The translations under genes and the position numbers were made by a program. A stretch of DNA of 64,000 nt from an uncultured Actinomycetes bacterium (GTDB lineage Bacteria; SZUA-79; Acidulodesulfobacterales; Acidulodesulfobacteraceae): positions 26,092 through 90,091 of the forward strand of contig CAZVZU010000007.1 of NCBI GenBank assembly GCA_964631685.1, given 5' to 3'. Shown here piece by piece: positions 29,961 to 39,191 of this stretch. The notes beneath the pieces are model-generated. The model saw only the letters and a program-made list of their open reading frames with translations. It was not told where the DNA came from and searched no databases. Numbering within the stretch: position 1 is the stretch's first letter; every line of letters begins with the position of its first letter.

Positions 29961-30210
29961 ACTGAAAAATTAGACCCTGCTCTGGAAGTATGCTATCATT
30001 TTGGCACAATTTTGTCAAATCAATAAAAGCCGCTTTGAACCAAAAATTAGTAAATTTTTTTCACACCTATAATCGTAACATCAATTTCATAAAAGTTTAA
30101 TTTAATCGTAATAAAAGCGTCACAATATGGCAATATTAAAAATATATAATTGGTTCATCAATTAATTTAATAGAAATATTCAAGATATTCCTTCTGCTAA
30201 TAACTTTTGG

Positions 30211-31788
30211 ATGTTTATCATGATGAACAAGATATTGAATAGATTAAAAGTAATTTTCTCAGTTTATACGCCAATAGTCGTAATTTTTCTAATTATATCC
30301 CTGATATTTAATATAAATATTGATTCGGCGTTTAGCGATGGGTACGGAAATTTAAATATATTTCTTAAAAAATACAATATAAGCCTAAAGAAGCCAAAAT
30401 ATACCATAATAAAAGCTAAGAATGGGATGAAAAACGAGATACTTAATCTAAGTCAGAGAAAGGTCTATCCTGCGGCTCTTAAGAAAAAGGTTTCGTTGGC
30501 CGGAGATGGAAGTGTGAAATCAGCCTTAATGCTATTATCTCGCGAGATTAATATGCCGATAATCATTCACCATGGGTTTCCGAATAAATTAAACAATGAC
30601 GTATATTACGACAATTTACCCCTGTATAAGGTTTTAGACGGGCTCATAACTGCTAACGGTTTCAAATATGTATATCACAGCGGAGTAATATCTGTTTATA
30701 CAACGGAAGAAAAAATATTTCACATTCCTCAGTCAGATCTTATATCGTCATTTTCCTCGGTTGTCGGAATGAGTCGAAACAGCGGTGGGGGCAATCAAAG
30801 TGCATCCGGTTTAAGTGGCGGACAGAATGCTGCGGTCAACCCCACTTCATCCGGTTCGTTATCGTTAAGGCTTTCGGAATCATATAGCCTGTATAGTATT
30901 ATTTCAAAAAACATAAAGGAAATGCTTACAAAAACCGGAAAATACTTTATCAATCCAAAGGATGGTTTGATATGGGTTAAAGACCGGGTTTCCAACGTTA
31001 AAGCAGTTTCCAAATATATAAGGGGCATAAATAAGGCTTTTTCGAAACAGGTTTTTTTAAAGGTAGAGGTTATAGATGTGACCTTGAGTAAGGGATTTCA
31101 AATGGGAATAAATTGGAACTTATTATTTAAACAGGCATTTAAATCCAATATCCTAGGCATTAATGCCATTTCTTTTTCAGCGCAGCTTGCTTCAGGAAAC
31201 AGTATTAGTAATTTGCCCTATATAGGTTTTACCGGCAGGGGTAGTAGTAGGGCAATAATGGATGCCCTAAAGACTCAAGGCACAGCCGATGTTATATCGC
31301 AACCGAGACTCATATTGATGGATGGACAAACAAGGCTTATATCCTCAGGAACAATTACGCCTTATATCTCAAGCATTAAAACTATGGAACTGAGTTTGTC
31401 ACAAACAGAAACTTATCCCGTGGTATCACAGATTCAAACCGGGCTTTCCATATCGTTTACACCACATATAAACTTTAAAAATAATACTGTTTCCGTTACG
31501 TTAAGCCTGATTGATAATATAATTACAGGCTACCGTTCTTTCACCATTAACGGAGAAAGTTTTAGCAATCCGATAGTGGAGACAAAAAGTCTCTCTGATA
31601 CGGTAAACGTTAAATCAGGATCCACAATACTTGTTGGCGGTATCATAACCGCAAGAAAGATGAGAAACACTTACGAAATCCCCTTATTAGCGCAAATTCC
31701 CTTTATTGGAAGCTTATTTAAATCGGAACATGATACCACTAGAAAAGAGGATCTATTAATAATGCTAACGCCAGAAATAATAGAATAA
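30211..31788 (+). CDS. Secretin (GspD/PilQ/MshL superfamily), short form
   Basis: Signal/TM at the N-terminus, then an N0-like domain (VSLAGDGSVKSALMLLSREINMPII...LYKVLDGLITANGF), a Gly/Ser linker and an N1-like domain. The secretin core reads VISQPRLILMDGQTRLISSG and VGGIITARKMRNTYEIPLLAQIPFIGSLFK...LLIMLTPEII. Confidence 0.85.
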   Translation: MFIMMNKILNRLKVIFSVYTPIVVIFLIISLIFNINIDSAFSDGYGNLNIFLKKYNISLKKPKYTIIKAKNGMKNEILNLSQRKVYPAALKKKVSLAGDGSVKSALMLLSREINMPIIIHHGFPNKLNNDVYYDNLPLYKVLDGLITANGFKYVYHSGVISVYTTEEKIFHIPQSDLISSFSSVVGMSRNSGGGNQSASGLSGGQNAAVNPTSSGSLSLRLSESYSLYSIISKNIKEMLTKTGKYFINPKDGLIWVKDRVSNVKAVSKYIRGINKAFSKQVFLKVEVIDVTLSKGFQMGINWNLLFKQAFKSNILGINAISFSAQLASGNSISNLPYIGFTGRGSSRAIMDALKTQGTADVISQPRLILMDGQTRLISSGTITPYISSIKTMELSLSQTETYPVVSQIQTGLSISFTPHINFKNNTVSVTLSLIDNIITGYRSFTINGESFSNPIVETKSLSDTVNVKSGSTILVGGIITARKMRNTYEIPLLAQIPFIGSLFKSEHDTTRKEDLLIMLTPEIIE

Positions 31789-31813
31789 GAAATATCTAAC
31801 GGTCTATATTGTC

Positions 31814-33502
31814 ATGAAAATTGGAGAGTATTTAATATCTAAGGGAAAATTAACAAAAGAACAGCTGAGAGATGCCCTATTCATTCGAACGATAACCGGA
31901 AAAAGGCTAGGCGAGATATTAATAGAAAAGGGTTATGTAAATGATACGGATATTGCGATTTATTTAGCTAAGGTTACCGGAAGGCGGTATTTTAGTGAAT
32001 TAAATAGTGAAATAGTGGATAAAAATGAAAGCGAGAGACTGGGTTTTGCCTTTCTTTATGATATTCCGGCGATAGTAATTAAAGAGGACGGTTTGAATTA
32101 CATAATTTGTGGCGGGATAACGGGAAGCCTTTCCGAAAGGATGGCTTTTGATAATCGCATGAGTGGTTTTAAATTGGGAATATCGACAAAACGCAAGATT
32201 TATGAGGCATTGAATAGAACATTTATCAATAAATCTGTTTTTTCAGAAAAAGAAATTTTAAATGAAGCATTAGAAGTTGCATTATTAAAAGGTTCTCCTA
32301 ATGTAAGGATCAAACGATCGGAAAATTTTTACTTAGTAATCATAGATACAGATAATGGACACGAGACGATGAGGGCATTAGATTTGGCATCGGGTCAAAG
32401 AATAATAAATATCATAGCGACAAACTGTCAGGTTACACTTAAAAAAGGGGAAGGCTTGGATGCCAAATTTATTTTTATCTCAAATGTATATAAAGGGGCC
32501 AAGGTTAATGTAAGGGTTGTATTCTTACCCATTTCTTCGAAATTAGATAAGGAGTTGGCACTATTTGATGCGGTCATGAGAATTCATGGGTTAAATGAGG
32601 TTTTTGATTTAAGATACATAGGATTTTCTGATGCAAAGGCAGAAACACTAAAAAAATCATATACCTATCCCAACGGTTTTATAATCTCTACAGGGCCCAC
32701 AGGTTCAGGGAAGACAACGACATTTTATGCGATACTAAAACTTTTAGCCCAAAAGAAAAAGTCGATTATAACCATAGAGGATCCTGTTGAAATAGAGCTA
32801 AAAGAACCCAATATAACGCAAATGAATATATCGAAAGATTTTGGTTATGCGGAAGCTACCCGTGTTATGCTTAGAAGTGAACCCGACATAATGATGATTG
32901 GCGAAATAAGAGATGAAATAACGGCTAAATATGCATTGATTGCTGCAGAAACGGGCCACCTAGTTCTTGCGACTATTCACGCGAATACGTCACTTTCTGT
33001 GTTTAGAAGGTTTAAATCCTTAGGTATTGACATAGTACAGTTTTTTGCTCTTGCAAGAATGATAACCGCTCAAAGACTCTATAATCCTCTTTGCCGCGAC
33101 TGCAAGAAAAGATTAGAAATAGACGCTTTACCTCCATTATTCGAACATGCCCTAAAAGAAAATTTAAGATTTACCCTCGATATTATAGCTTTAGTTGATC
33201 CTGATTTTAGAAATTCAGAGCGGGTGGTTAACTTTCATTCGGTTTATGTGAGAGGTGAAAAGTTTTGCAATAAATGCGGAGGCGGGGGGTATATGAAAAG
33301 AAAACCCATGATTGAAACCGCAGAGTTTAACGATGCCGTGAAGGGAAAAGTGTTTAATGATCCGACGATATTGCTGAATAATTATAAGTTAGAGCAAGTA
33401 TTGATGAGTTTGGCAGATTTTAAATCGTTAAAAATTCAGGCTCTTCAGTCATTGATTGACGGAGAAATAGATCCGATAACATATTTTAACCTGTCGGGGT
33501 AA
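31814..33502 (+). CDS. GspE/PilB/MshE-type secretion ATPase with N-terminal T2SSE_N (MshEN-like) domain
   Basis: Walker A GPTGSGKTTT, Asp box IITIEDPVE, Walker B MMIGEIRD, His box GHLVLATIHAN, tetra-Cys CRDC...CNKC, and the N-terminal tandem RLGxxLIxxG motifs. Confidence 0.92.
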   Translation: MKIGEYLISKGKLTKEQLRDALFIRTITGKRLGEILIEKGYVNDTDIAIYLAKVTGRRYFSELNSEIVDKNESERLGFAFLYDIPAIVIKEDGLNYIICGGITGSLSERMAFDNRMSGFKLGISTKRKIYEALNRTFINKSVFSEKEILNEALEVALLKGSPNVRIKRSENFYLVIIDTDNGHETMRALDLASGQRIINIIATNCQVTLKKGEGLDAKFIFISNVYKGAKVNVRVVFLPISSKLDKELALFDAVMRIHGLNEVFDLRYIGFSDAKAETLKKSYTYPNGFIISTGPTGSGKTTTFYAILKLLAQKKKSIITIEDPVEIELKEPNITQMNISKDFGYAEATRVMLRSEPDIMMIGEIRDEITAKYALIAAETGHLVLATIHANTSLSVFRRFKSLGIDIVQFFALARMITAQRLYNPLCRDCKKRLEIDALPPLFEHALKENLRFTLDIIALVDPDFRNSERVVNFHSVYVRGEKFCNKCGGGGYMKRKPMIETAEFNDAVKGKVFNDPTILLNNYKLEQVLMSLADFKSLKIQALQSLIDGEIDPITYFNLSG

Positions 33503-33513
33503 TCATATATACA

Positions 33514-34788
33514 ATGAGAAACTTTTTGGTCAAATATTACACGCCGTCTGGCGTTAGCCTAGTGCAAAACATCCACGGACATGGGGCGAGAGAGGTCAAA
33601 GAAAGGCTTATTCAAGACGGCTATATGCCTATTTTTGTGATATCGAATATATTTTTAGATATTATACATCCATTGCAAAATGGGGGAATGAAAAATAAAG
33701 AACTCTCTAAATTTTTTATGGAACTTCATCATCTTACCAACGCGACGGGACAAGTAGGGAAGGCTTTTTTCTATATGAACAAAGAGGATAAAAAGCTCGA
33801 ACATAATGAAAGACACAAAATAATATATAGTTTTACATGGCTTTACCGTAATCACAGACAATCAAAATTTAAAAATAAGAAAAAATTTATTAAGCATGTT
33901 ATATCCGCGCTCAATAAAGGACAAACAATACGGGATGTCTTTGCATCAAATTATTTCGATGAAATAGTGCTGTCTTTGCTTGATTTAGCATCTTCTAGCG
34001 GGGATTATCCTGAGATATTTCTAAAAAATGCAGAGTATTTCGATGTAAAAAATGGACGCATAAAAAGCGTGATAGGGGTGATGGCTTATCCAGTATTCCT
34101 TTTCTTTTTATTATCCTTGGCTTTTTTAGTTTTCTTGTATTATGTAATTCCTACATTTGCTTTATTTTTTAGTCAATTTCGCCACATCAATGATTCTACG
34201 AGAAACGTCTTGAATATTTTTATGTATATAAAGAGCGTATTTGTATATTATGCGATATTTTTGGTGACCATATTGGTTTTGTTGGTTTCAAACTTATGGG
34301 ATCTAAAGACAAAGATTATGTCCTTTGCTGTAAATATCCCTCAAGTCGGCAACATTTTCAGATATAACTACTTACATTGGTTCTTCTACCAATTTTCCGT
34401 AATGATTTCATCGGGACTTACAATAACAGCCATATTGGATTATTTCAGGAGAAATGTTGCTAATCAATTTTTTAGTCACAAAATCAATATAATCTATGGA
34501 AAATTAATGGATGGGTTTACTCTGCATGAATCTCTTAATAATGCTGATTTATTGGAGGAAGAGGATATAGATTCTATCAAATATGCTGAACTAGGTGGGT
34601 TTTTACCGAAAACTATCATGAGGTTGTCAAATGAATTTAAAGAGAAATCAGATTTATCAATGCAAATATTTACTAAAGGGCTATTTTTGTTGGCCATGGT
34701 CTCGGTTGTAATATTTTTATTCCTGATGTTTTTTGTGCTTCTTTTGCCACTTATTCGCGGCATGATAAGCCTGCCGGGCAGTTACTAA
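33514..34788 (+). CDS. GspF/PilC-type inner-membrane platform protein (diverged)
   Basis: The N-terminus YYTPSGVSLVQNIHGHGAREVKERLIQDGYMPIFV is typical of PilC/GspF. Two internal repeats each end in an (E/S)SGxxP-type segment (ASSSGDYPEIF; AELGGFLPKTI), and about 3 TM segments are present. Confidence 0.78.
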   Translation: MRNFLVKYYTPSGVSLVQNIHGHGAREVKERLIQDGYMPIFVISNIFLDIIHPLQNGGMKNKELSKFFMELHHLTNATGQVGKAFFYMNKEDKKLEHNERHKIIYSFTWLYRNHRQSKFKNKKKFIKHVISALNKGQTIRDVFASNYFDEIVLSLLDLASSSGDYPEIFLKNAEYFDVKNGRIKSVIGVMAYPVFLFFLLSLAFLVFLYYVIPTFALFFSQFRHINDSTRNVLNIFMYIKSVFVYYAIFLVTILVLLVSNLWDLKTKIMSFAVNIPQVGNIFRYNYLHWFFYQFSVMISSGLTITAILDYFRRNVANQFFSHKINIIYGKLMDGFTLHESLNNADLLEEEDIDSIKYAELGGFLPKTIMRLSNEFKEKSDLSMQIFTKGLFLLAMVSVVIFLFLMFFVLLLPLIRGMISLPGSY

Positions 34789-34871
34789 TGCTTTTTTTGT
34801 TGCCGTATATAAAGCGGATTGTAATTTTAATATTTGATGGAAAATATAACATTTAGTGAGGAGGTTGGAAT

Positions 34872-35468
34872 ATGAGAGCGATATGTGAATTTCAAAATAC
34901 TGATTACCGTGATGATGCAGGCTTTACTTTAATGGAAATAATAGTTGCAATGATAGTAGTCGGGATACTATCTGCCGGCGGGCTTATGGTTTACAACGGC
35001 TTAATTGAATCATCCAATGTTACGGCCACGGTTCAGGCTATCTCTAAGATCGAATCTGCTGTGAATTCTTATGCGCAGGTGAACGGAGGAAGCATTGTCC
35101 CTCCAACCGGAGTTTCCTTGCCCCATGCAATGCAGGATGATTCCTTGATTCCCTCTTCATATACGGTAAATGGCGATAATGTAACGCCCCCAAATCCGGG
35201 GTTCGTACAGTCATATTATATATTTATAGGCTCTAATCCGGGGCAGTATAATTATGCTATAGGGATAATAGCACCGCAAATGACCAATGCACAGGCATTA
35301 AATATTTGTAATTCTGTGGAAAATTCAATTTCAGGGGTTAGTAGTAGCAAAAACGTGGAATTCAATATAGGTAATGGTCGGACCTGTCTGGACGATTTGT
35401 TTAATAGTGATGTTGGTAATGTGAATAATTCTATCTTCAACGGTAATTTAACATTCACATTCAATTAA
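34872..35468 (+). CDS. Type IV pilin / major pseudopilin-like protein with class III signal peptide
   Basis: GAGGAGG RBS. A 17-aa leader ends in G, followed by FTLMEIIVAMIVVGILSAGGLMVY (Phe+1, Glu+5). Confidence 0.8.
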   Translation: MRAICEFQNTDYRDDAGFTLMEIIVAMIVVGILSAGGLMVYNGLIESSNVTATVQAISKIESAVNSYAQVNGGSIVPPTGVSLPHAMQDDSLIPSSYTVNGDNVTPPNPGFVQSYYIFIGSNPGQYNYAIGIIAPQMTNAQALNICNSVENSISGVSSSKNVEFNIGNGRTCLDDLFNSDVGNVNNSIFNGNLTFTFN

Positions 35469-35483
35469 TGGGGGGCGATAATT

Positions 35484-36167
35484 ATGCAAAACGAGACTCG
35501 GTCTGTTTTTCATCCATTTTGGCGCAAGCTAAATTTTGTGTTTATAATTATATTTATATTGGGATTCATGTTCCCCTTTCCTGGATTGTCATATGCTTTT
35601 AGCAACGGAGAAATTTACAATAAAGAGGCGCAAAATATCGTGAATACTGCAGATTTAATTATAAAGGCGGAACATGCATATTCACAAAATATTGGAAGCG
35701 GAGAATTTACCGGCTTGCTGAATCTTGAGCGAGAGAAACCTCCTTACTTAAGCCACATGGCAGTTTATAGTTATAATAATTCCGAATGCGTAAGAAAAAT
35801 ATTGATGCAAGGCAAGGTTTATATATGTGTCAATTCCACGGATGCAAAATTAAATATTTTTATGCCTGCCGATCTTGCCTCTTTAGATTTAGTGGTACGC
35901 GAAATCAGCAAAGGTGTTACAGGTCAAAGGGATCGAATATATGATAATAAAGGCATGCCCGCAATCTCTCTTGGGTTAGATAGCCATTCTCTTTCGCCTA
36001 CATCAATCGGCAACAGGATATCTCCGATCGGTTCTGCCAATGTAAGCCTTAATGCTAATGGCGGAACAACATATACAAATACAAACTGTAAAAGGGGCAA
36101 TAATATCATTGCTCGGATTGAAACCGTTATAGTCAATCTTTTTGTATCGGCACTAAGCCTTTTCTAA
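35484..36167 (+). CDS. Hypothetical exported protein, pilin-head-like with Sec-type signal peptide
   Basis: GGGGGG RBS. The N-terminal hydrophobic segment ends LSYA/FS. The segment after it, NIVNTADLIIKAEHAYSQNIG, resembles the post-TM helix of both flanking pilin-like ORFs. Confidence 0.5.
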   Translation: MQNETRSVFHPFWRKLNFVFIIIFILGFMFPFPGLSYAFSNGEIYNKEAQNIVNTADLIIKAEHAYSQNIGSGEFTGLLNLEREKPPYLSHMAVYSYNNSECVRKILMQGKVYICVNSTDAKLNIFMPADLASLDLVVREISKGVTGQRDRIYDNKGMPAISLGLDSHSLSPTSIGNRISPIGSANVSLNANGGTTYTNTNCKRGNNIIARIETVIVNLFVSALSLF

Positions 36168-36203
36168 TTTGTGTACTTTTATCTTAATTTTTGGGGAAAT
36201 ATC

Positions 36204-37208
36204 ATGAAAAATAAATTTAACGGGATGTTCTTTAGAATTGCGGCTGTCCGCAATAAAAATAATAAAGGCTTTTCCCTTGTAGGAATTATTATTTCTATGG
36301 TTGTGCTTGGCATATTGACAATGTCAGCCATACCCACGCTAAAAGGAATCCTGTATAAAAATCAAGCAAATCATGTGTCAATTTTGGCAAATATTTTGAT
36401 TAATGCGGAAAGTACCTATGTAAATAACAATAATCAATTTAAGGGGATTGGCGGACTTCAGGCGGCTGGCTACCTGGCACAGGGACTGGGTATGGATTTT
36501 GTGGATAATAATCCTCACACAGATTGTATATACGGAACTATTACGGCAAAAGATGATACGAAGATATGTCTCATCGTGAATAATACGAACCGAAATGGGA
36601 TCTTGCGGGAGATAAGTTACACTTTAACTGTAACATCGAACTCAACTGTTCCGTCATCCAACTATTACGGTTATTATTCGGAAATTAGACGCAATATACC
36701 GGGTAGCTCAATTATTCATAAAAATGAGGTGGAGTATATAGATCCTATTGTATTGGGTGATACACAAGGTATCTACGGCCGATATATTGGAAAAAATTTC
36801 TATATAACAGGAGAGGTTTGCTATATCACTGAACATGCCTATATGAATACAGGGAGAGGCCATAAATACACAAGAACATACAGCGAAGGTGGATTGTTGC
36901 TATATTTTGTAGTCGAGGCCATAAATGGTAACAATGCAATATTAAGTTATGCCAATAAGCCTTCTTCCGTATGTACTTCTGATAAAAGTTTTACTAATAG
37001 TGCCGGTGACACATATTCTTATACTTCTTGGGTGGGCGGAGCATTTCAGAATGCTTATTTGCCGCAAATATGGGGGACCGTTAAATATTTGTATTGGCAT
37101 GGTGAAATGAGTCATGTGCCTGTCGAGTCTCCTGGTTATGAAATTGAGATACCGGCCAGTTATCTGCCACACTTAATAAATATAAATCAGTTGAATACCG
37201 CTAATTAA
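36204..37208 (+). CDS. Large prepilin-like protein lacking Glu+5 (GspK-like by size and N-terminus)
   Basis: A leader ending NNKG is followed by FSLVGIIISMVVLGILTMSAIP, where position +5 is Gly. The precursor is about 334 aa from ATG 36204; GTG 36171 is an alternative start. Confidence 0.55.
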   Translation: MKNKFNGMFFRIAAVRNKNNKGFSLVGIIISMVVLGILTMSAIPTLKGILYKNQANHVSILANILINAESTYVNNNNQFKGIGGLQAAGYLAQGLGMDFVDNNPHTDCIYGTITAKDDTKICLIVNNTNRNGILREISYTLTVTSNSTVPSSNYYGYYSEIRRNIPGSSIIHKNEVEYIDPIVLGDTQGIYGRYIGKNFYITGEVCYITEHAYMNTGRGHKYTRTYSEGGLLLYFVVEAINGNNAILSYANKPSSVCTSDKSFTNSAGDTYSYTSWVGGAFQNAYLPQIWGTVKYLYWHGEMSHVPVESPGYEIEIPASYLPHLININQLNTAN

Positions 37209-37222
37209 TAAAAAATAAAATT

Positions 37223-38536
37223 GTGATGAAATATAATTCAAATAACAAAAAAGGGATTAAGTGTATTTCTAGTGAAAAGTTAAATCGGATACATGTAGAT
37301 TTGGCGGAACCATCTTTATATCACTGTCTAATTTTTATTGAGGATTATGGTTTATATCAGTTTTTTAGCGGAAATCAATCTGTCTTTTCCAATGATAATC
37401 CGTGCAAAGAAAACAACACAAAGGTTGCCGTTATCTCTAAAAATATTTATTCTTCAAGTATCCCAGGCAATAACAATAATAATATACTTGCGGGTAGTAG
37501 CAATAAATTTTTTAAAAAATCGATAAATTTTAAACACATCAGGCAATATTACAAAAATGAATCTTACTTTTTATTTGAATGCGATACGGATAAATATGGA
37601 ATTTATCATACTCTTCCGGCAAATATTCAGAAATATTATTCACTCGGCATTGTAGACCTTGTTATTCCTTATGAATATTTGGTTATTTTATTCTTAAACT
37701 ATAAACTCACGGCGACTGCGGGACGACAGACTGTAAGAGGGCAATCTCATTTACTGTTTATTGAGGAAACAGATAAAATTTATAAAGCAGTGGCGGTGGT
37801 CAATGGACTTAATGTGTCACAGGTAATTAGTTTTAAAGATGACACACTTAAAGAAAATTTAAATTTTTTACAAACAGAACTTAACTCTAAAAAGATCAAA
37901 ATAGATAAAATTTTCACGAACAGCAATGACATTAAACCAGCATTAAATGGATTATTTTTAGACGCGGAGATTATCAGTTTTGAAATAAAGGAATTCTTTG
38001 ATTTTTTCAATAATATAAAACGGGACTCTATCCCTCATTTTGAAAATTTAGAAATTAAGGTTAAAGAATTAAAACACAAAAAAAATGTACGTAATAATTT
38101 GTTTATGGCAATTTTACTGACATATTTAATTGTCATTATAACCGGGATTACCTACTTGAATAACGTAATTGTAATAAAAAAAACGGGCATAATTCACTTA
38201 AACAGTAGAATAGTGATACTTAATGACAAAATATCAGATCAAAAAGCTAAATCATATATTAATAAAATCCTGACGCCATCTAATATTGCCGGCTATCTTA
38301 AAAAACTCATTGTAATATTGCCGAAAAATACAAAGATTAAAAATATCACGATAGTAAGGTCAAAAAAGGGTTATATATTTCGTGGTAAGGGTTTTTTTCT
38401 TGGCGGATACGGGGAATTCGTGAAAGATTATAATAAAATTGCAGAGAAATCATCAATATTTAAAATGTTCAACATAAGTTTTAACATTGATAAATTTGAC
38501 CAGCCAAGTTTTCAATTTATTATGGTTATAAGATGA
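37223..38536 (+). CDS. Hypothetical bitopic membrane protein, GspL / PilM-PilN-fusion-like topology
   Basis: About 290 aa of cytoplasmic region, a single TM (LFMAILLTYLIVIITGITYL), then about 125 aa with a coiled segment and a PilN-like alternating beta pattern. No motif-level identification is possible. Confidence 0.42.
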   Translation: MMKYNSNNKKGIKCISSEKLNRIHVDLAEPSLYHCLIFIEDYGLYQFFSGNQSVFSNDNPCKENNTKVAVISKNIYSSSIPGNNNNNILAGSSNKFFKKSINFKHIRQYYKNESYFLFECDTDKYGIYHTLPANIQKYYSLGIVDLVIPYEYLVILFLNYKLTATAGRQTVRGQSHLLFIEETDKIYKAVAVVNGLNVSQVISFKDDTLKENLNFLQTELNSKKIKIDKIFTNSNDIKPALNGLFLDAEIISFEIKEFFDFFNNIKRDSIPHFENLEIKVKELKHKKNVRNNLFMAILLTYLIVIITGITYLNNVIVIKKTGIIHLNSRIVILNDKISDQKAKSYINKILTPSNIAGYLKKLIVILPKNTKIKNITIVRSKKGYIFRGKGFFLGGYGEFVKDYNKIAEKSSIFKMFNISFNIDKFDQPSFQFIMVIR

Positions 38537-39189
38537 AAAATTTAGAAGACAAAAAAATATTATTAGTATTTTTTTTATTATTTCTGGCATGTTATTTTTC
38601 TATTTTTGCACTGTTTCCCTTAATCAAGCAGTATTACCATGTAAATTATAGGTATAGCAATAAAGTGGATACCGTACAAGTATTAAAAATGAAATTGAAT
38701 AGCATGAAGAAAATAAAGCTTATTAAATTTAAAGTCGGATACCATAAACTTTCCACATATCTTTTGACTATATTATCCTATATGAGTTACCTGCAAAATA
38801 TCGGTCTCAATGTTAACGTTAAACTTAAAAATGTTGGTGAAACGAGGATTTCTACGTATGATCCGAAATTGGCTAAGCTTATAAGCAAAAATAGGAACAT
38901 CTTTAAAATACAAAATGCACCGAGGTTCAAAAATAGATTTGGCCATGCAGATTTTATTGGCGGCAGTAAGATTAGAAAGTTTAAATATAATGATATAAAA
39001 AAATATATAGCATATGAAAGATTGACTATAATTTTAAACAAGGTTCCGAATATTAATGTAATATTTTCCCTACTAAAGATATTTAGATTATTTCCGATAG
39101 AAATTAAAAAAATTTCTATCAGTACAGATAGGAACATTGGCGTTATCTTTAATTTAAGATTAATAAACTTAAGTAAATTTTGTGAATAG
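38533..39189 (+). CDS. Hypothetical N-terminally anchored protein, GspM/PilO-like topology
   Basis: ATGA start/stop overlap with the upstream gene. A single N-terminal TM (ILLVFFLLFLACYFSIFALFPLI) is followed by a basic, K/N-rich remainder. Confidence 0.4.
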   Translation: MKNLEDKKILLVFFLLFLACYFSIFALFPLIKQYYHVNYRYSNKVDTVQVLKMKLNSMKKIKLIKFKVGYHKLSTYLLTILSYMSYLQNIGLNVNVKLKNVGETRISTYDPKLAKLISKNRNIFKIQNAPRFKNRFGHADFIGGSKIRKFKYNDIKKYIAYERLTIILNKVPNINVIFSLLKIFRLFPIEIKKISISTDRNIGVIFNLRLINLSKFCE

Positions 39190-39191
39190 CT

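Noticed and set aside
30001-30017. TTGGCACAATTTTGTC upstream of the secretin gene looked like a sigma-54 (-24/-12) promoter, which is common for pilin genes.
   Set aside because: The GG-N10-GC spacing rule fails. The -12 element reads TGT/GTC, not TTGC, at the required distance, and the site lies 200 nt from the first gene.
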